In this document: in pieces, positions 46,061-58,900 of the stretch
How positions within the stretch are numbered: the stretch's first letter is position 1
Layout of the letters: every line of letters begins with the position of its first letter
DNA from: Selaginella moellendorffii
Lineage: Eukaryota > Plantae > Lycopodiophyta
Direction of reading: 5' to 3'
Assembly: GCF_000143415.4 (NCBI RefSeq)
Contig: NW_003314314.1
Coordinates: forward strand, 315,771-379,770
Length of the DNA: 64,000 nt
The notes under the pieces: model-generated
The model's database searches: none
What the model was told of the DNA's origin: nothing
Seen by the model: only the letters and a program-made list of their open reading frames with translations
Made by a program: the position numbers and the translations under genes

Positions 46061-48850
46061 TGGCGAGAACCAGGATGCAAGGGATCAAGACGAGATTGCT
46101 GCAAGGAAACTCAAGAATCGTGGAGATGGCCGGCCAGGATGCAGCTTGCGAACTCTGGTCAAAGCTCTCCAGTCAAGCAGCTAAGGAGGCTGACTATAAA
46201 GTTGGACTTGTCTGGGGTCTATCTGATCAGCTTCCCAGTCGACGGAGATGATTCAGGAGGTGCTGCTGCGGTATAATGCTCCAAGGCTGTCCACAGCTTC
46301 AGCGAGGAACGATGCAAGATGGCGAGAATATGATCTAGCTGAAGCTGCTCGTGACGGTGGGGGATATCGGATTCAGAGAGAGGCTGTGGAGACTATAAGA
46401 CAGACTACGCTCGAAGTTCTCTGTCATTTGCTAGAGCGGAGACTTTGAAACTCCAACCCTGTCCAGGAATGCTCGTACAGCTGCTCGGATGATAGTATCA
46501 GCAAGGAACGCAGTGGCAGGTTGCTGCAAGGGAACTCAAGAAGATGATGATGGCAAGAAGATTATCTTGATGACGCTGCTTGTGAAGGTGGAGCGATTGG
46601 AAGGATTCACAGGACTGCTGCTGTTCGCCTCTGACGTGCAGTCTGGTATCTGCTAGAGCGAACTTTAAGACGAAAGGACTAGTTTTAGAGGAGTCATCGA
46701 ACGCAGAAGCTGTTGCAGAGTTTAGGAGGCCATCTGGCTTCGCATGCCTCTCCTCAAGCCCTGTCCATGCGTCCTTCCACTCGAGCTTCTCAGCACGAAG
46801 CTCCGATGCCTAGGCCTGAAGTGGCGAAGAACAAGCCGATTCCCTGAGAAGAGAACACGAACAAACTGTCCGAGAGGTTCTAAGCACGACGAAGGAACGA
46901 GAAATGAGCTCGAGAAATCGGCTGCAAGGATTGGTCACCTCGAGGCCGTCAAATGCAGGAAAACTTGGAGTACATCGAAATCTCCGAGCAGATCGAGTGG
47001 CACAGGGAAGCAGTAGCAGGCCTCCAAAGCGCCAAGTTTGAGCTACCAGTCTCGAGATCCACACTCTTAAGTCAAGCGAAGATCAATCTTCTCGAGGAGA
47101 AATTCTCACTTGACTCCAAAGTTTGGGAGGTGTCCGAGACGATGGAGCAGCACAAGCAGTCGAAAGCGGCGCTCCAGGCGGAGCAGTCGGCCAGCCGAGC
47201 TCTGGAAGTCAAGCACAGTCCATCAAACTTTGGCATGAAGCAAAAGATGGGATGCTGAGTAGTTGACGGAAACGTGACGAGAGCTCAACGCTGTCCAGGA
47301 TCGCTCTTACAGGTGCTTGGGTGATAGTATATCATCAAGGAATGATCTCGATCTCGATCTCGATGAAGCTGCTTGGAGCCAGTGGTGCGGATTCACCGGA
47401 TGTTCGCCTCTGACGTGGGGAGATTACAGACTATTTTTTATCTGCTGGAGCGAACTCTAACACGAAGCAACAGTAGGCAATGGCCACCCTTTACAATCGA
47501 GCAATCTGGACCGAGGGTACGTAGAGTCGTCCTCTTCCATTTTTTTCATCCGTGGTGTTAAACAGCAGAAGAAAGCCTCTCAAGGCCTACAGCAACACAC
47601 ACTTTGTGGTATTTTCTTGTTGTTTTTCTGCTCTGCTGGAAATCTTCTGAGCTCCAACTTCGTAGGAGGCCGCGTTTTTTCTCTGCGAGGTAATCTGCGA
47701 GACTAAATAAATAAAACATCCTGGAGACTATGCTGAGCTGCTTATTCTGGCCCACTAGTAAGTAAAAACCTTCAAGTTTTCTACTCTATTAGAAAATAGT
47801 CTGTTCACCATCTAAGGAGTGGCCGCTGTAATCGAGAGTAAGACATCTCGCTCCTTGTATGTTAAAAACTTCGGAGATCCAGAAGACTATCACAGAAAGC
47901 AAATCAGGGTGGAGAAATTAGGACTTGAAGCAGCGAAACTGTAAGAGGTCAGAGATCGGAGCAAGTGGGACTGAACAATTGTCATTGGATTGAGCAAGTT
48001 CGATAGTAGGTTCGAAAATCTAAAACTTGGGAAGCAGAAGCAAAGACTAAAAAACTTTCTTAAAGCAAGCAGGGGCAGCAGCTTAAAAATTTAGAAAGCA
48101 GAGTAGCAGTGGCTTTTTTTAAGCAGAGGCAGCTTGAAAATAAAAAAGCAGCGATTTTTTCGACGAGCAGCTTAACGACTATAAAAATTTCGTAAAACAA
48201 GCATAAGTTTCTGAGCAGCAGAAGAACTTGAATTGGTCTTTACTTTCTATTCATATAAAAAACGATTGTGAGATTCAGAAAATCGACTAAAATGTAAACT
48301 TTTAACAGATCCTCTTGCATCTCGGGCTTTGATCCTAGAAACAAGGAAGAAAAATTAAATATCTAGAGCACGTTAGAAAATACTTGTGCCGTTCTTCTTG
48401 AATTTGTCCATAGCTTCCCCTCNNNNNNNNNNNNNNNNNNNNNNNNNNNNNNNNNNNNNNNNNNNNNNNNNNNNNNNNNNNNNNNNNNNNNNNNNNNNNN
48501 NNNNNNNNNNNNNNNNNNNNNNCTATAGTGGTGCATTTGAAGACGTGAAGTGCTATAATCGTGATTGTTTCTGCCGTAAAAATCAAAACGCGCGCCATGC
48601 TTGCATAGTGATACTAGCATCCACACACTCTAGGCTATACCTGTAGGCCGGAGCAGCAGCTGATGCTGAAGGAGAAAAAGGACGCTTTGCCTTAAATCTC
48701 AGGTCTGCTGCTTCCACTGGCTCAATGGACTTGGTGATGGCTATGGTAACAATGGTGATGGCAAGAGTGATGGACTCGGCCTTCCTAGGCACTGAAAAAC
48801 TCTGGAAGGAGAAGATCACGTTAGAGCAAGAACTCCATATGGTATATGTT
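46061..48850 (+). pseudogene. Mosaic gene-fragment modules paralogous to 12040-15230
   Basis: Shared blocks such as SQAKINLLEEKFSLDSKV, caatggccacc.tttacaatc and gactaaataaataaaacatc, with many indels. Interrupted by an assembly gap. Confidence 0.55.
48423..48522. other. Assembly gap (100 N)
   Basis: Run of N. Confidence 1.
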
Positions 48851-50534
48851 ATATTTATCCTCCTCATTGTGTATAAAGAGGGAGTTGTTTATATAATCTT
48901 CAAATCACATATAGTTGACATATAATTGCATATCATCCAAGTGTGCCATGGCACTTTTGCAATATAACATTTGGTATTTACAAGATATTAGAATTGGTCT
49001 AAGGTGGCTCCACATGTGTAAATATATTGGAAATTTTGGTTGTATTAACAATATGTTTTCAAACCAAAATACCTTTGCATCCTTCAATTTGTCTTCTCCA
49101 GCCATTTCCTCTTGCGTTAGAGGCCTAAAAATTCATATTTATAGATTTTTTTTATTGATTTTCCACCTTCTTTAAGGATTTGATAACATTTTTATTGTGA
49201 TCAAATGGTTTTCCAAAATAACATATTTTCTTGCCATGTTGAAAGACAATTGATGAAGGTTAAATTTATCTACAAAAGATCTTTTATCTTTATATTTTGC
49301 CAATTAATATTATTATAGATTGTGGGCTTTAGTTTGTTTCCCTCTTTGGTATTAATTTATTTCCTTCCTTCACATCAAAGGTAAATTATCAACTTTTTAT
49401 CATTCTCATACCAATAACATACTATTTAAGCTTTTGAGCAATATGATGATTAAGTTGATTTCTTTATTTTTGTTGAATTTCCTTATAATAATTTTTAGCA
49501 TTTTTCAATGTATCACTCTCTATTCTTTGTCAACTATGGCCTTCATCTTCATTAGTCATATTCATTTTTTCTGGCATTTAGTCTTATAAATAAATTTGTT
49601 ACTACTTAATGTTTTTTTTTCTGAAACAAAAAACTAGTTATAGCCCAAAATTAGCTAGATTGTTTTTCCTATAGTGATTATGGTATAACTTTAGTGAGTA
49701 GAGGTAAATATATAATTTTATAAGTGATATGGGAGACAATGTGTTTGAGATTTGTCTTTTGTAAATAAAAAAACCAATTAAGAAAGTAGTGTAACAACAT
49801 ATTTATAATTTTTACAATTTTATATATTTTTATTTGGGCTTTTTGTGAGGCACCATCTAATCTCTTATGCATCCAGGCCATAAAGATCCTCTAAAAAGAT
49901 TAGAGATTGTTGGAGAAAAGCTTATTGTAAACTATAAATATGTTTATAATTTATATACACAAGATTGATAAAAATTATTAATTTATTCCAGGTATATCCA
50001 TTACCACTGAAAAATATCAAGTACTAAATTTTTTAGCTAATTTAGATTAGTTTTAATTGCAATATTTATAAAAAAATTAAAGCATTGGTGTTTCAAATTC
50101 TTCCAGAAAACAATTGTGTGAAATGTAATAAGATATATGGGCAAAGTTCCTTTATCTCTGGAAAATCTATATTAAATAATTTTATTTAAATATATAATAA
50201 AAATGAATTTCTTAATGCATAACTCTATGTTCTCCTGCCAAAGATAGAAAATAAATTCATTTTTTAATAAAAATGCAGGAAAAATAGCATTGTCATTTTA
50301 TAAATTATTAGTGAATAAACTCATCAATTTCTTGTGTTATCTTAACCAAAGAATGTAAATTCTTACCTTTCTTTTGCAGTCACCAAAAACATGTTGCATT
50401 TGCAAGTTAATTTTACCTGTCATGGTTTCACTCAAAAAACTTTATCCTTCCAATGTCCTTTAGACAACCTTGATCAACCTTTAATTTGCTATAAACATCA
50501 ATTGATTTTTGCGCCAAAATCGATTTTAGTGGAT

Positions 50535-50621
50535 TGGTGGGTGAGAGAGGCTCGAACTCTCGACCTCAGGATTTCTCAGGAGCTATGAGACCTACGCGCT
50601 GACCCACTGCGCCACCACCCC
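50535..50621 (-). tRNA. tRNA-Met(CAT), elongator type, with an 11-nt intron (50573-50583) and an atypical acceptor 3' end
   Basis: Minus strand reads GGGGTGGTGGCGCAGTGGGTCAGCGCGTAGGTCTCATA[GCTCCTGAGAA]ATCCTGAGGTCGAGAGTTCGAGCCTCTCTCACCCACCA. Anticodon at 50585-50587. Confidence 0.9.
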
Positions 50622-50953
50622 TTCGTGGAAATTTCTTGCATAATATAAGTCAAACAGTTGAATGAACGTGCATTTCATTTTTCATCAGGTTCATCGTACA
50701 TAAGTAGGATGGCTTCCACGCGGCAATTCCTACGCGAAACTTTAAGCGGAAACCGAATGGAAACCGACAGGAAATTCTGCGTCGCACGCTGCTCGGATAT
50801 AAATTCATGACGTCTCCGCAGTCATCAGCAGGGCCCTCTTCTCTTCTGCTTCTCCGCCTCCCCGACTCTCGTGGATATTGGATTGATCGCGGTATCGCTT
50901 GTCAACGAGCTGCGAATCTGTGATCTTCTCGATTGAATTCGTAGACAATTAAG

Positions 50954-51367
50954 ATGGTTTGGAAGGTGAGCATTGCGTCTGGCTGATTTCGTTGATTGTT
51001 TGATCTCGAGCTCTGCGCTGTAGGTTGTCTTGAAAGTGGACTCTTGCAACAAATGCAAGGGCAAGATTATGTCTCAGATCTATGACGGCGTCTCCGGTGA
51101 GTGTAGATTTCCGCGAATTCTCCCAAATTTCGATGCTGTGATCGCTGATCAAGAGATCTTCGTGCTCTTGCAGGTGTGAAGAAAGTGGAGGTTAAAGATC
51201 CCCTTTACACCTTCACAGGTGATTTCAAGGTGGACGACATCCTCAAGGCCATCGAGAAGAAACGGAAGTGTATATCTGTGGAATCCTTCCAGGAGATAAA
51301 GGTGGAAAAGCCCAAGCCGAAGCCAAAGGACGATTGCTGCTGCTGCTGCTGCTGCTCCTGCTGCTAG
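50954..51367 (+). CDS. Heavy-metal-associated (HMA) domain protein, HIPP/HPP-like, 92 aa, with a poly-Cys C-terminus. Exons 50954-50965, 51024-51096, 51174-51367
   Basis: Spliced product: MVWK-VVLKVDSCNKCKGKIMSQIYDGVSG-VKKVEVKDPLYTFTGDFKVDDILKAIEKKRKCISVESFQEIKVEKPKPKPKDDCCCCCCCSCC*. It has a CxxC motif, a micro first exon and a 73-nt second exon as in plant HIPP genes, with GT-AG introns of 58 and 77 nt. Confidence 0.85.
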
Positions 51368-52119
51368 AATTTGGGACTGATCACTGATCATAAAGAGTTT
51401 TGTTGTGGATGAGATGATCGATCTCTCCTCTCTGTTTCCTTAACGTAGAGCACCAGATCATTCCGTTTCTTTCACCAAATTTTTTGTTGCAATAGGATTG
51501 AGATTGTCGATCTAACATCCGGGGCACGCGAGTGCTACGTTGAAATGGTCCTCCCATCTTTGCGTTTAAATTTCAAGTCTGTTGACAAACGAAGTCTGCA
51601 TGAAATAATCATTTGGGGGAATCGTTGAAGCTTCACAAAAAATAATTCAAGTTGCTGTAGATTTGCTGGCTATAGGCCAGGTAGACGACGTGTGTGAACG
51701 TCATGCTCGTGTCAAGTCAAGTCCCCGTTCATGAGCACATCGACTTTTGTGTTATCTTTGTCCAGTGGCAGTACAATGATTATATATTTATGTGATTGTC
51801 GGGATATAAAACCATGCCCGTCCCAGATATCCCACTGAAAACAACCTTCTAGGCTCCATCAGTGGCAGTGTCACTGGAGATTCTAGCATTTCTAATAGTG
51901 AGTAGCTGTGCTTACAGAAAGATTTGCACGAGAGGTGAAGAGAGATTTTTCTTGGCTCAGTAGTGAGAGATAATATAAACCACCTGATAGAAGGTAAGGT
52001 AGCCATGGTCATTTAGTTTTATAGTGAAACTGACATCCTTGTTTCTTTTTTCTTTTCATGGTCTATCCAATTTATAAATAGAAGTTTAGAGTATCCAATG
52101 GTGGCATACACAATTGTGA

Positions 52120-52740
52120 AAATGAGGGTGTGGACAGGATTGGTGTCTAGTTTGGGGGCAACATGGTTAAAAAACCTTTGGTGCTGTTATGTAAATGGTG
52201 GTCAAACATTCTTGTAACTCATAGAGAGATAGGAATAATGGGTTTGTGTTTGTGGCAAAAAAAAACAAAGCTCAGTTGTAATAAAGAGAGAAATTTTTAA
52301 CCAATGCAAACTAAATCCACATGCAAAACACATGCTAGTTAGATGTTTCTTTTAGAAGTCCTTAACATAGCATTTGGCATCAAGACTGAGCTAGAGTAAA
52401 TGATTTTTTGTCCAAACTTCAGATTACTTCCCACCAGATTGAAGTGATGAAGGCATTCAAATCTAAGAGAAATCTATGACACAAGTCACAAAATTGTCAA
52501 AGAATTTTTCTTCACTGCAAGTAGAAAAGAGCTTTGATCAGAGGAGATTATAGTGAGCAAAGCTTTGGGTTTTTCTTGTAAAGAAAACTGCTATTTAAAA
52601 GGCCCACAAGGGCCATTGCATTGCTAGCATGAATTAGAGAAAGCAGCAATATAAGGCTGGTAGTCCATTCAAGGATGCTCCATAAGTTCAAATTTTCAGA
52701 AAACATGATTGACTTTTTTTGGAATTCTTTGATTTTTTGT
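52120..52740. repeat. Diverged local duplication of ~53770-54620
   Basis: Shared collinear blocks (caaacat.cttgta.ctcatag, aagagaaatctatg, aaaggccca.aaggg.cattgc). Confidence 0.65.
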
Positions 52741-53273
52741 TTTTACTCTGCTATATCTATTAGTGTTAAATAATAATATTAATATTAAATCTTGATTAAA
52801 ACTAATTAGTATATACATTTAGATATTCTAAATATATTTCTTATACCTAATTAAATGTAAGTTTTATTTTATTTATTGTTAGTATTTACTGTGATCGAAC
52901 CTCATCATCAGTATCATTTTGCAATGTTTATATCCAGTATTTTCTTACTATAAATATCCATATCCATTAGATGAATCATTTTAAGCATCTTGCAATGATT
53001 TAGAGAAATGTTCTTTAAGGTTTAGCCACAATGCTCGGCTTGAGTCTTAATGCTTTTCTTTATACTAAATGGAATGCTCCATTTTAAAAGTTAATTTATA
53101 ACCAATTGATGCTTTAAAATCACGTTCATAATAATAATTATAAAGTGATAGTAATTCATAATTTATATTTTACTATAGACAACAGTTACTACGTCATGGC
53201 AAAGATGCATGATGTCTAATAGGATCACTAATGAAAACAATTTTATCAGCATGTTTGTTGGAATTAAACTCAT

Positions 53274-53672
53274 NNNNNNNNNNNNNNNNNNNNNNNNNNN
53301 NNNNNNNNNNNNNNNNNNNNNNNNNNNNNNNNNNNNNNNNNNNNNNNNNNNNNNNNNNNNNNNNNNNNNNNNNNNNNNNNNNNNNNNNNNNNNNNNNNNN
53401 NNNNNNNNNNNNNNNNNNNNNNNNNNNNNNNNNNNNNNNNNNNNNNNNNNNNNNNNNNNNNNNNNNNNNNNNNNNNNNNNNNNNNNNNNNNNNNNNNNNN
53501 NNNNNNNNNNNNNNNNNNNNNNNNNNNNNNNNNNNNNNNNNNNNNNNNNNNNNNNNNNNNNNNNNNNNNNNNNNNNNNNNNNNNNNNNNNNNNNNNNNNN
53601 NNNNNNNNNNNNNNNNNNNNNNNNNNNNNNNNNNNNNNNNNNNNNNNNNNNNNNNNNNNNNNNNNNNNNNNN
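53274..53672. other. Assembly gap (~399 N)
   Basis: Run of N. Confidence 1.
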
Positions 53673-53964
53673 TTTTTAGAAATTATTTTTTAAAGTAATA
53701 TTTCTATGAAAAAACTTAATTTCTATTTTAGGAAGTGAAGCTTGCCAAAAAAGAGCCGTAAAAATAAGGATGTGGATAGGATTAGTATTTAGTCTAATAG
53801 TAGCATGTTTTTGGACAAAAATTTTTATGTATTGTTATGTGGATGGTAATCAAACATCCTTGTAGCTCATAGAAAAATTAAAAAATTATAATTTTATACT
53901 TTGTGGCCAAGAAAAAAAAGAAAAACTAATTGTCTATAACAAAAAAAGAAGTTTTTAACTAACC

Positions 53965-54141
53965 TATAAGCTCTTGAATTTGGACTTCTTGGAGGGTCAC
54001 TCAACTCAATATCACTTAAACTTATAAATTTTTAACATTAAATATTCCAAGACCATTAACTAATTAAAAAAGAAGATGCACTTTTATTTATGAGCCTTTT
54101 TTCTTTGAACCTTTATAAATTGTTCTCTTTGGTTGCTTATA
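53965..54141 (-). mobile_element. Solo Cassandra-type LTR
   Basis: Collinear with 1115-1309 (gacttcttgg.ggtcactcaac..ttggttgcttata). TSD TAACC/CAACC. Confidence 0.7.
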
Positions 54142-54781
54142 CAACCTAGATAGATTAAGTTTATACAAATGCAAAACTAAATCTACAAATATAATTTGGT
54201 TAGAAGCTAAGAATATGTTTCCTTTTTTTAGATTTATAATGATGAAATGTTGGAAGTTTGTAAAAATATGTTTAGCACTATAGTAAAGGATTTCTCTTCT
54301 TTATTAGTTATCTAGTGATCACTTCCCACTAGTGGCATAAGGATTGAAGAGAAATCTATGGCATAAGTAGTTGGTTAGTAAATTTTCTTTATTACAAGTA
54401 CTAAAAAGAGTTTTGATCAATTTGTTAGGACAAGATTTGCAAGTGAGAAAAAATTGAAAGTTTTGGGGTTATTTTACAAAGAAAATTGCTATCCAAAAGG
54501 CCCATAAGGGGCATTGCCTTGTTGGATTAATAATAGAAAGTGCCAATATAAGGATGATATGAATAGTTAATAAAGTTTGGATAAATGATTTGTAAAGAAT
54601 ATAATTGACTTTTTCTAGACCGTGATTACAAAAAAATTAGAAAAAATAGAGAATTTTAAGAGCATAAAATCATAACTATTGGATTGGAGAATATTCTAGA
54701 GTATATTTAGAATATTCTTTATACTTAACTCTTAAGTAAGATATATCTAAATTTCTAATTCCAATTAAATAACTATTCTAA

Positions 54782-55030
54782 TATTTATGGGCCTTTTTCC
54801 CTTTATATTTCAGCCCTTACAGATCATTTTCAATTTATTCTCTTTTATTGCTCACAATCTATCATGTTTCTCTATAAGTTCATGCCTTTATGAATAAAAG
54901 CTAAGAGCTGTAACTCTCCCAAAAATCTTGCTCTCTAGACACCTTACCTTTCAAGTCTAGCATAGCAAAATAAAACTAGACTGCCAAATGTTAATCTTAA
55001 TATGTGGTATGATTCCCTTAATTAAAAAAA
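54782..55030 (-). mobile_element. Truncated Cassandra-type element (part LTR plus internal region)
   Basis: Collinear with ~750-960 and 1085-1114. Confidence 0.6.
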
Positions 55031-55348
55031 AGAGTCAAACTTGAGATTTTTTTAATATCATTCATAAAACATAAATCCCTAAATCCCAAAATTGAACTAA
55101 ATGTGTACCACATAATAGTGGCTAGAATGAAAGTGGAACAAATGTAACACATTTAAACCAAAAGTTTTAACTCAAGAAGTCAAGAGTGGGAGTGAAACTC
55201 CTAAAAAGCTTTAAGAATGAATACAAAAGATTAACAAACGAGTTTCTAGAAAGAGACTAAGTTTAAGATTAAGTTTGAGTTTGAGTTCAAGGGGTGAAAG
55301 CTTAAAGCAATTGTCTCTTAGACCTTAAGGGGTTTGGTAAGTCCTTAC

Positions 55349-55940
55349 TATAAGCCATAAATTTTCCTTTCTAATTTGTCATTTTATTTTATCTATTTAA
55401 CCATTTTTGCCTTGACCTTAGTTAAGTTCCTTTGCAAAGATTCCCATCATCGTACTAATTCCAGTTTAGTCTTATTTAGGTTCAGCTACTTACTATATGA
55501 ACAACAGAGTGTTAGCTAACCTTTTACAAATTCTCAAATTCTTTTTTGATCCCCTTCCCCAAGTTAGATTGAGCTTAAGATTCAATTACACTCCTTATAA
55601 GTAACCAAGCAAGCAACCAAACACACCAAGTGTATAGATTCTTAACATCTTATGGTATGCAATACTTGTTTATAAGACTTTCTAAATCCCAAGCTTTGGG
55701 TGCATCTCTTAGTTCAAGACACCGAGGGGAAACACTTGGCCTAATGGCCCAATATAGGTACCTCAACTCCCTACTTGGGAAGGCCAAAGTGTAGGGAAAG
55801 CCCCTACACTCCACTTGAGTCGAGAGTACTAAAGTTATTAACCTTTAGTCTCAACCTTAACTTTGTTTGAAAGCACTATTAGAGAGTTCTTTAAAGATTA
55901 AGTTCTTAGCCTCTCTTTCCCTATTTTACTTTTGAAACCC
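55349..55940 (+). repeat. LTR-like repeat related to 18210-18960
   Basis: Shared blocks (ttagttaa.ttcc.ttgc, aaatcccaagc.ttgggtgca, ggcctaa.ggcc..tataggtacc). Confidence 0.65.
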
Positions 55941-58900
55941 CTTGGGGGACAATTGTTTTAAGCTTTCACCCCACAACTTATATTAGTACTTTGATTTGGT
56001 CTCAGACCTGATCTTAGATTTTAGACTCAATCTCAGTCTTAGACTCAATTTTAAATTTGATCTCAAATTCTTTATTGTTTTGATCATGATTTTGGGGGAT
56101 CCTCTAGCCTATGACACTTTAGTAAATTAGTTCTTTACACTTTTGGGATAGTAAAGAGAGGATTTCAAAGGAACTAGTGTGGCCAAAAAAGGCTTGTGTG
56201 ACTAAAGAAAGCTATGCTTACGTGGTGGGTGATGATATAAACATTAGGGAATCCAAAGTTAAAGTGAACATGGATGAATAAGTGGGGTGACTTGGTAAAG
56301 TATTCAAGAGCTAGCTATAACTTCCAAAAGATCAAATAATTTAATCCAAGTGTAAATAACATTACTTACTTAGATACCTTGTATGGCTTCATTTTAACCA
56401 CATATCTAAGGCACCCTAGTGGCAAAAAGTGGGGAAAGTATCCACAAAGCTCACAATAAACTGTGGTGTTTCAAAACATCACCCCAAAGTTTTTAATGAT
56501 GAAAAAAAAGAGGGGCCCTCTTGCTTACTAACTAAAGGTATAATTATGTGATAAAGAAAGATTAGAGGCTAGTGGGATGGGCTTTTAGGCCTTAACCTAG
56601 TGGTAATATTGCCAAGCACTACTATGGATGGAGAGGGATTTGGTGGAGATTAAAAAAAGGATATTAAAGGATATGTGTTAATGCATTTTAAAAATGTTAA
56701 GATGTGGTAATAAAATTACCATTCATGGACAGATGGCCTAGTCTTAGAGAGATAGGACCATGGTACATATGGTCTTTGACTACTAATGAGATCATGAGAA
56801 TGGATATATCTTTAATATAAAAGGTTAGTAAGTCAATGGTATCTAAAATGGAATTAAACATATAGAACACTTCAACAAAGTGTGAAGTCAATATGGCTTT
56901 GAGATCATATCTAAGGGGTTAGTAAAACGTAGGATGAGGATCTATGGAGGTTGGGAATGAGATTTCTTTAATTGGTTTAAAGTGTGGTTAAAGAACTAAA
57001 GTATATTGAAAAATTTAGTCACTTAAAATTTTTTAGGTAATTTTCCTTTAATTGTTTTGCATAGCAAGTTGGAGATCAAAACAACTCAAGCCACTGATCC
57101 ATTTGTTCAAAAAGTGTAACGATTGATCTTTTTCAATATTTTTCTACACTAATATGGTGATTATCAATTTCTTCAATTTTGGAATAAATTTCTTCATCAA
57201 CATGCTTAACTATATATACCTAATAGAAATATATGGTTGTATATTATTCAAGCATACAATGACACTTTTGCAATATATTGCTTTAGCATTCTCAAAATAT
57301 TAGAATTAGTCTAACAATAAACCTTATATGCATAAGTATGTTGACAATTTTGGACATATCTACAATATATTAAGTGGACTAAGATGCCTTGACATCCTTT
57401 ATTTAGTTTTTTCTAATCAGTTCCTCTTACTTTAGAATTTTGGAAATCTATATCTATGAATTTCTTTATCAATCTTTTACCTTCTAAAGGATTTGACAAC
57501 AATTTTGTTATGCATCTTCATAAATTGCTAGATAATATTGTTAGTAATTAAGGGCTTGAGTTTATTTTCAACTTTTAGGATTTTTTAATGTAAAAATTAA
57601 AGTATCAACTTCTCAGACTAATGGGCAATCAAAGTGTATTATTTAAATTCTTTGAGCAATATCTTCAATATTTTATTTCCTAATAATAGAATGATTGAGT
57701 TTAACTCTTTTCTTATATTGAGTTTCCTTATAATAATTCTTAACACTTTTTGTCCCTTCTTTGTTAACTATAATATTTGTCATCCTTGTTGATCATTATT
57801 CATTTCTTCCAACACATAATTTTATATATAATTTAATTGCTAATCAATATTTATTTTTGGATTAAATAATTAAATTTTACCCCCAACTTTGGCTAGTTCC
57901 TAATGTGATTAGCATAAATTTAGTGAATAAAAGAAATCCTCAAACCTTAGAAATGAAGTATAAGATGATGTGCTTAAAATTAACCAAGAAGAAATATATA
58001 GTGTAATAAGACATTCATAATTTAAAATTTCTCTTACAACTATATCTTTTTATCTTAAATTTTTGTAGGGTGCAATTCAAGCTCTTGTATGTCCCAGAAA
58101 TAAAGATCCGTTGAAAAAATTGGAGGCCATAGGAAAAATCTATTGAAGAAAAGTTTATAAATTATAAAAATATTTATAATTTATTTACAGAAGATTAATT
58201 TTGATAAATATCAACCATAAATAATATAATATGCTAAAATACCTAAGAAAGTTTTAGATATATTCATTCTAAAATAAACAATTTAGTGATAGTCCACCTT
58301 TAGCTAGGCTATATTTCTTTGAATCTAAAATTTAACATTTGGATCCATCTTAAGAAGCATACAATATATAAAATATATACGCCTATAAGGGATGAAAAAT
58401 TTACCAAAAGTTTGATGTTGAAAAATATATGTACAATTGAAATTTGGAATTTGGTTGATTGTGATATTGTAAACCTTCTTATTTACAGTATTAATTTTAT
58501 AACTAAGAATTGTATACTTATAATGACAATATTGCTACTTAATGTTGACACTCTTAACTTTTGTCTTCAATTGTAATGCTTTTGAGTATGTTGCTTTTGA
58601 TTCTTTTGACCAAATATTTGCAATCTTCACACGTTTGTTATTTTTTATTTTTGAAATTTCTTGAGAAAAATTCTAAATTTGAGTTTGTGGTTAATGTTTT
58701 TTTCAAATTTAAAACCTACTTCAACCAAAGTTTGAAGTTCCAAATTTTTCAGGTTCACCCCTTCTTTAACTAACTAAGTAGGTGGTATATATTTTGGTTT
58801 TTGGATAATCTATTCTATAACAAATTATGTGTGTGGAAATTTTATTGGATAAAACCATATGAACTAATCATAGTGTTCTGGAGGATCATTATATTATCGT

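Noticed and set aside
48335-48646. ORFs containing X runs (also 53209-53698)
   Set aside because: Artefacts of translating through assembly gaps.
49000-50300. AT-rich repeat similar to ~57200-58200, as a defined transposon
   Set aside because: Similarity is visible, but no termini or coding motif could be identified.
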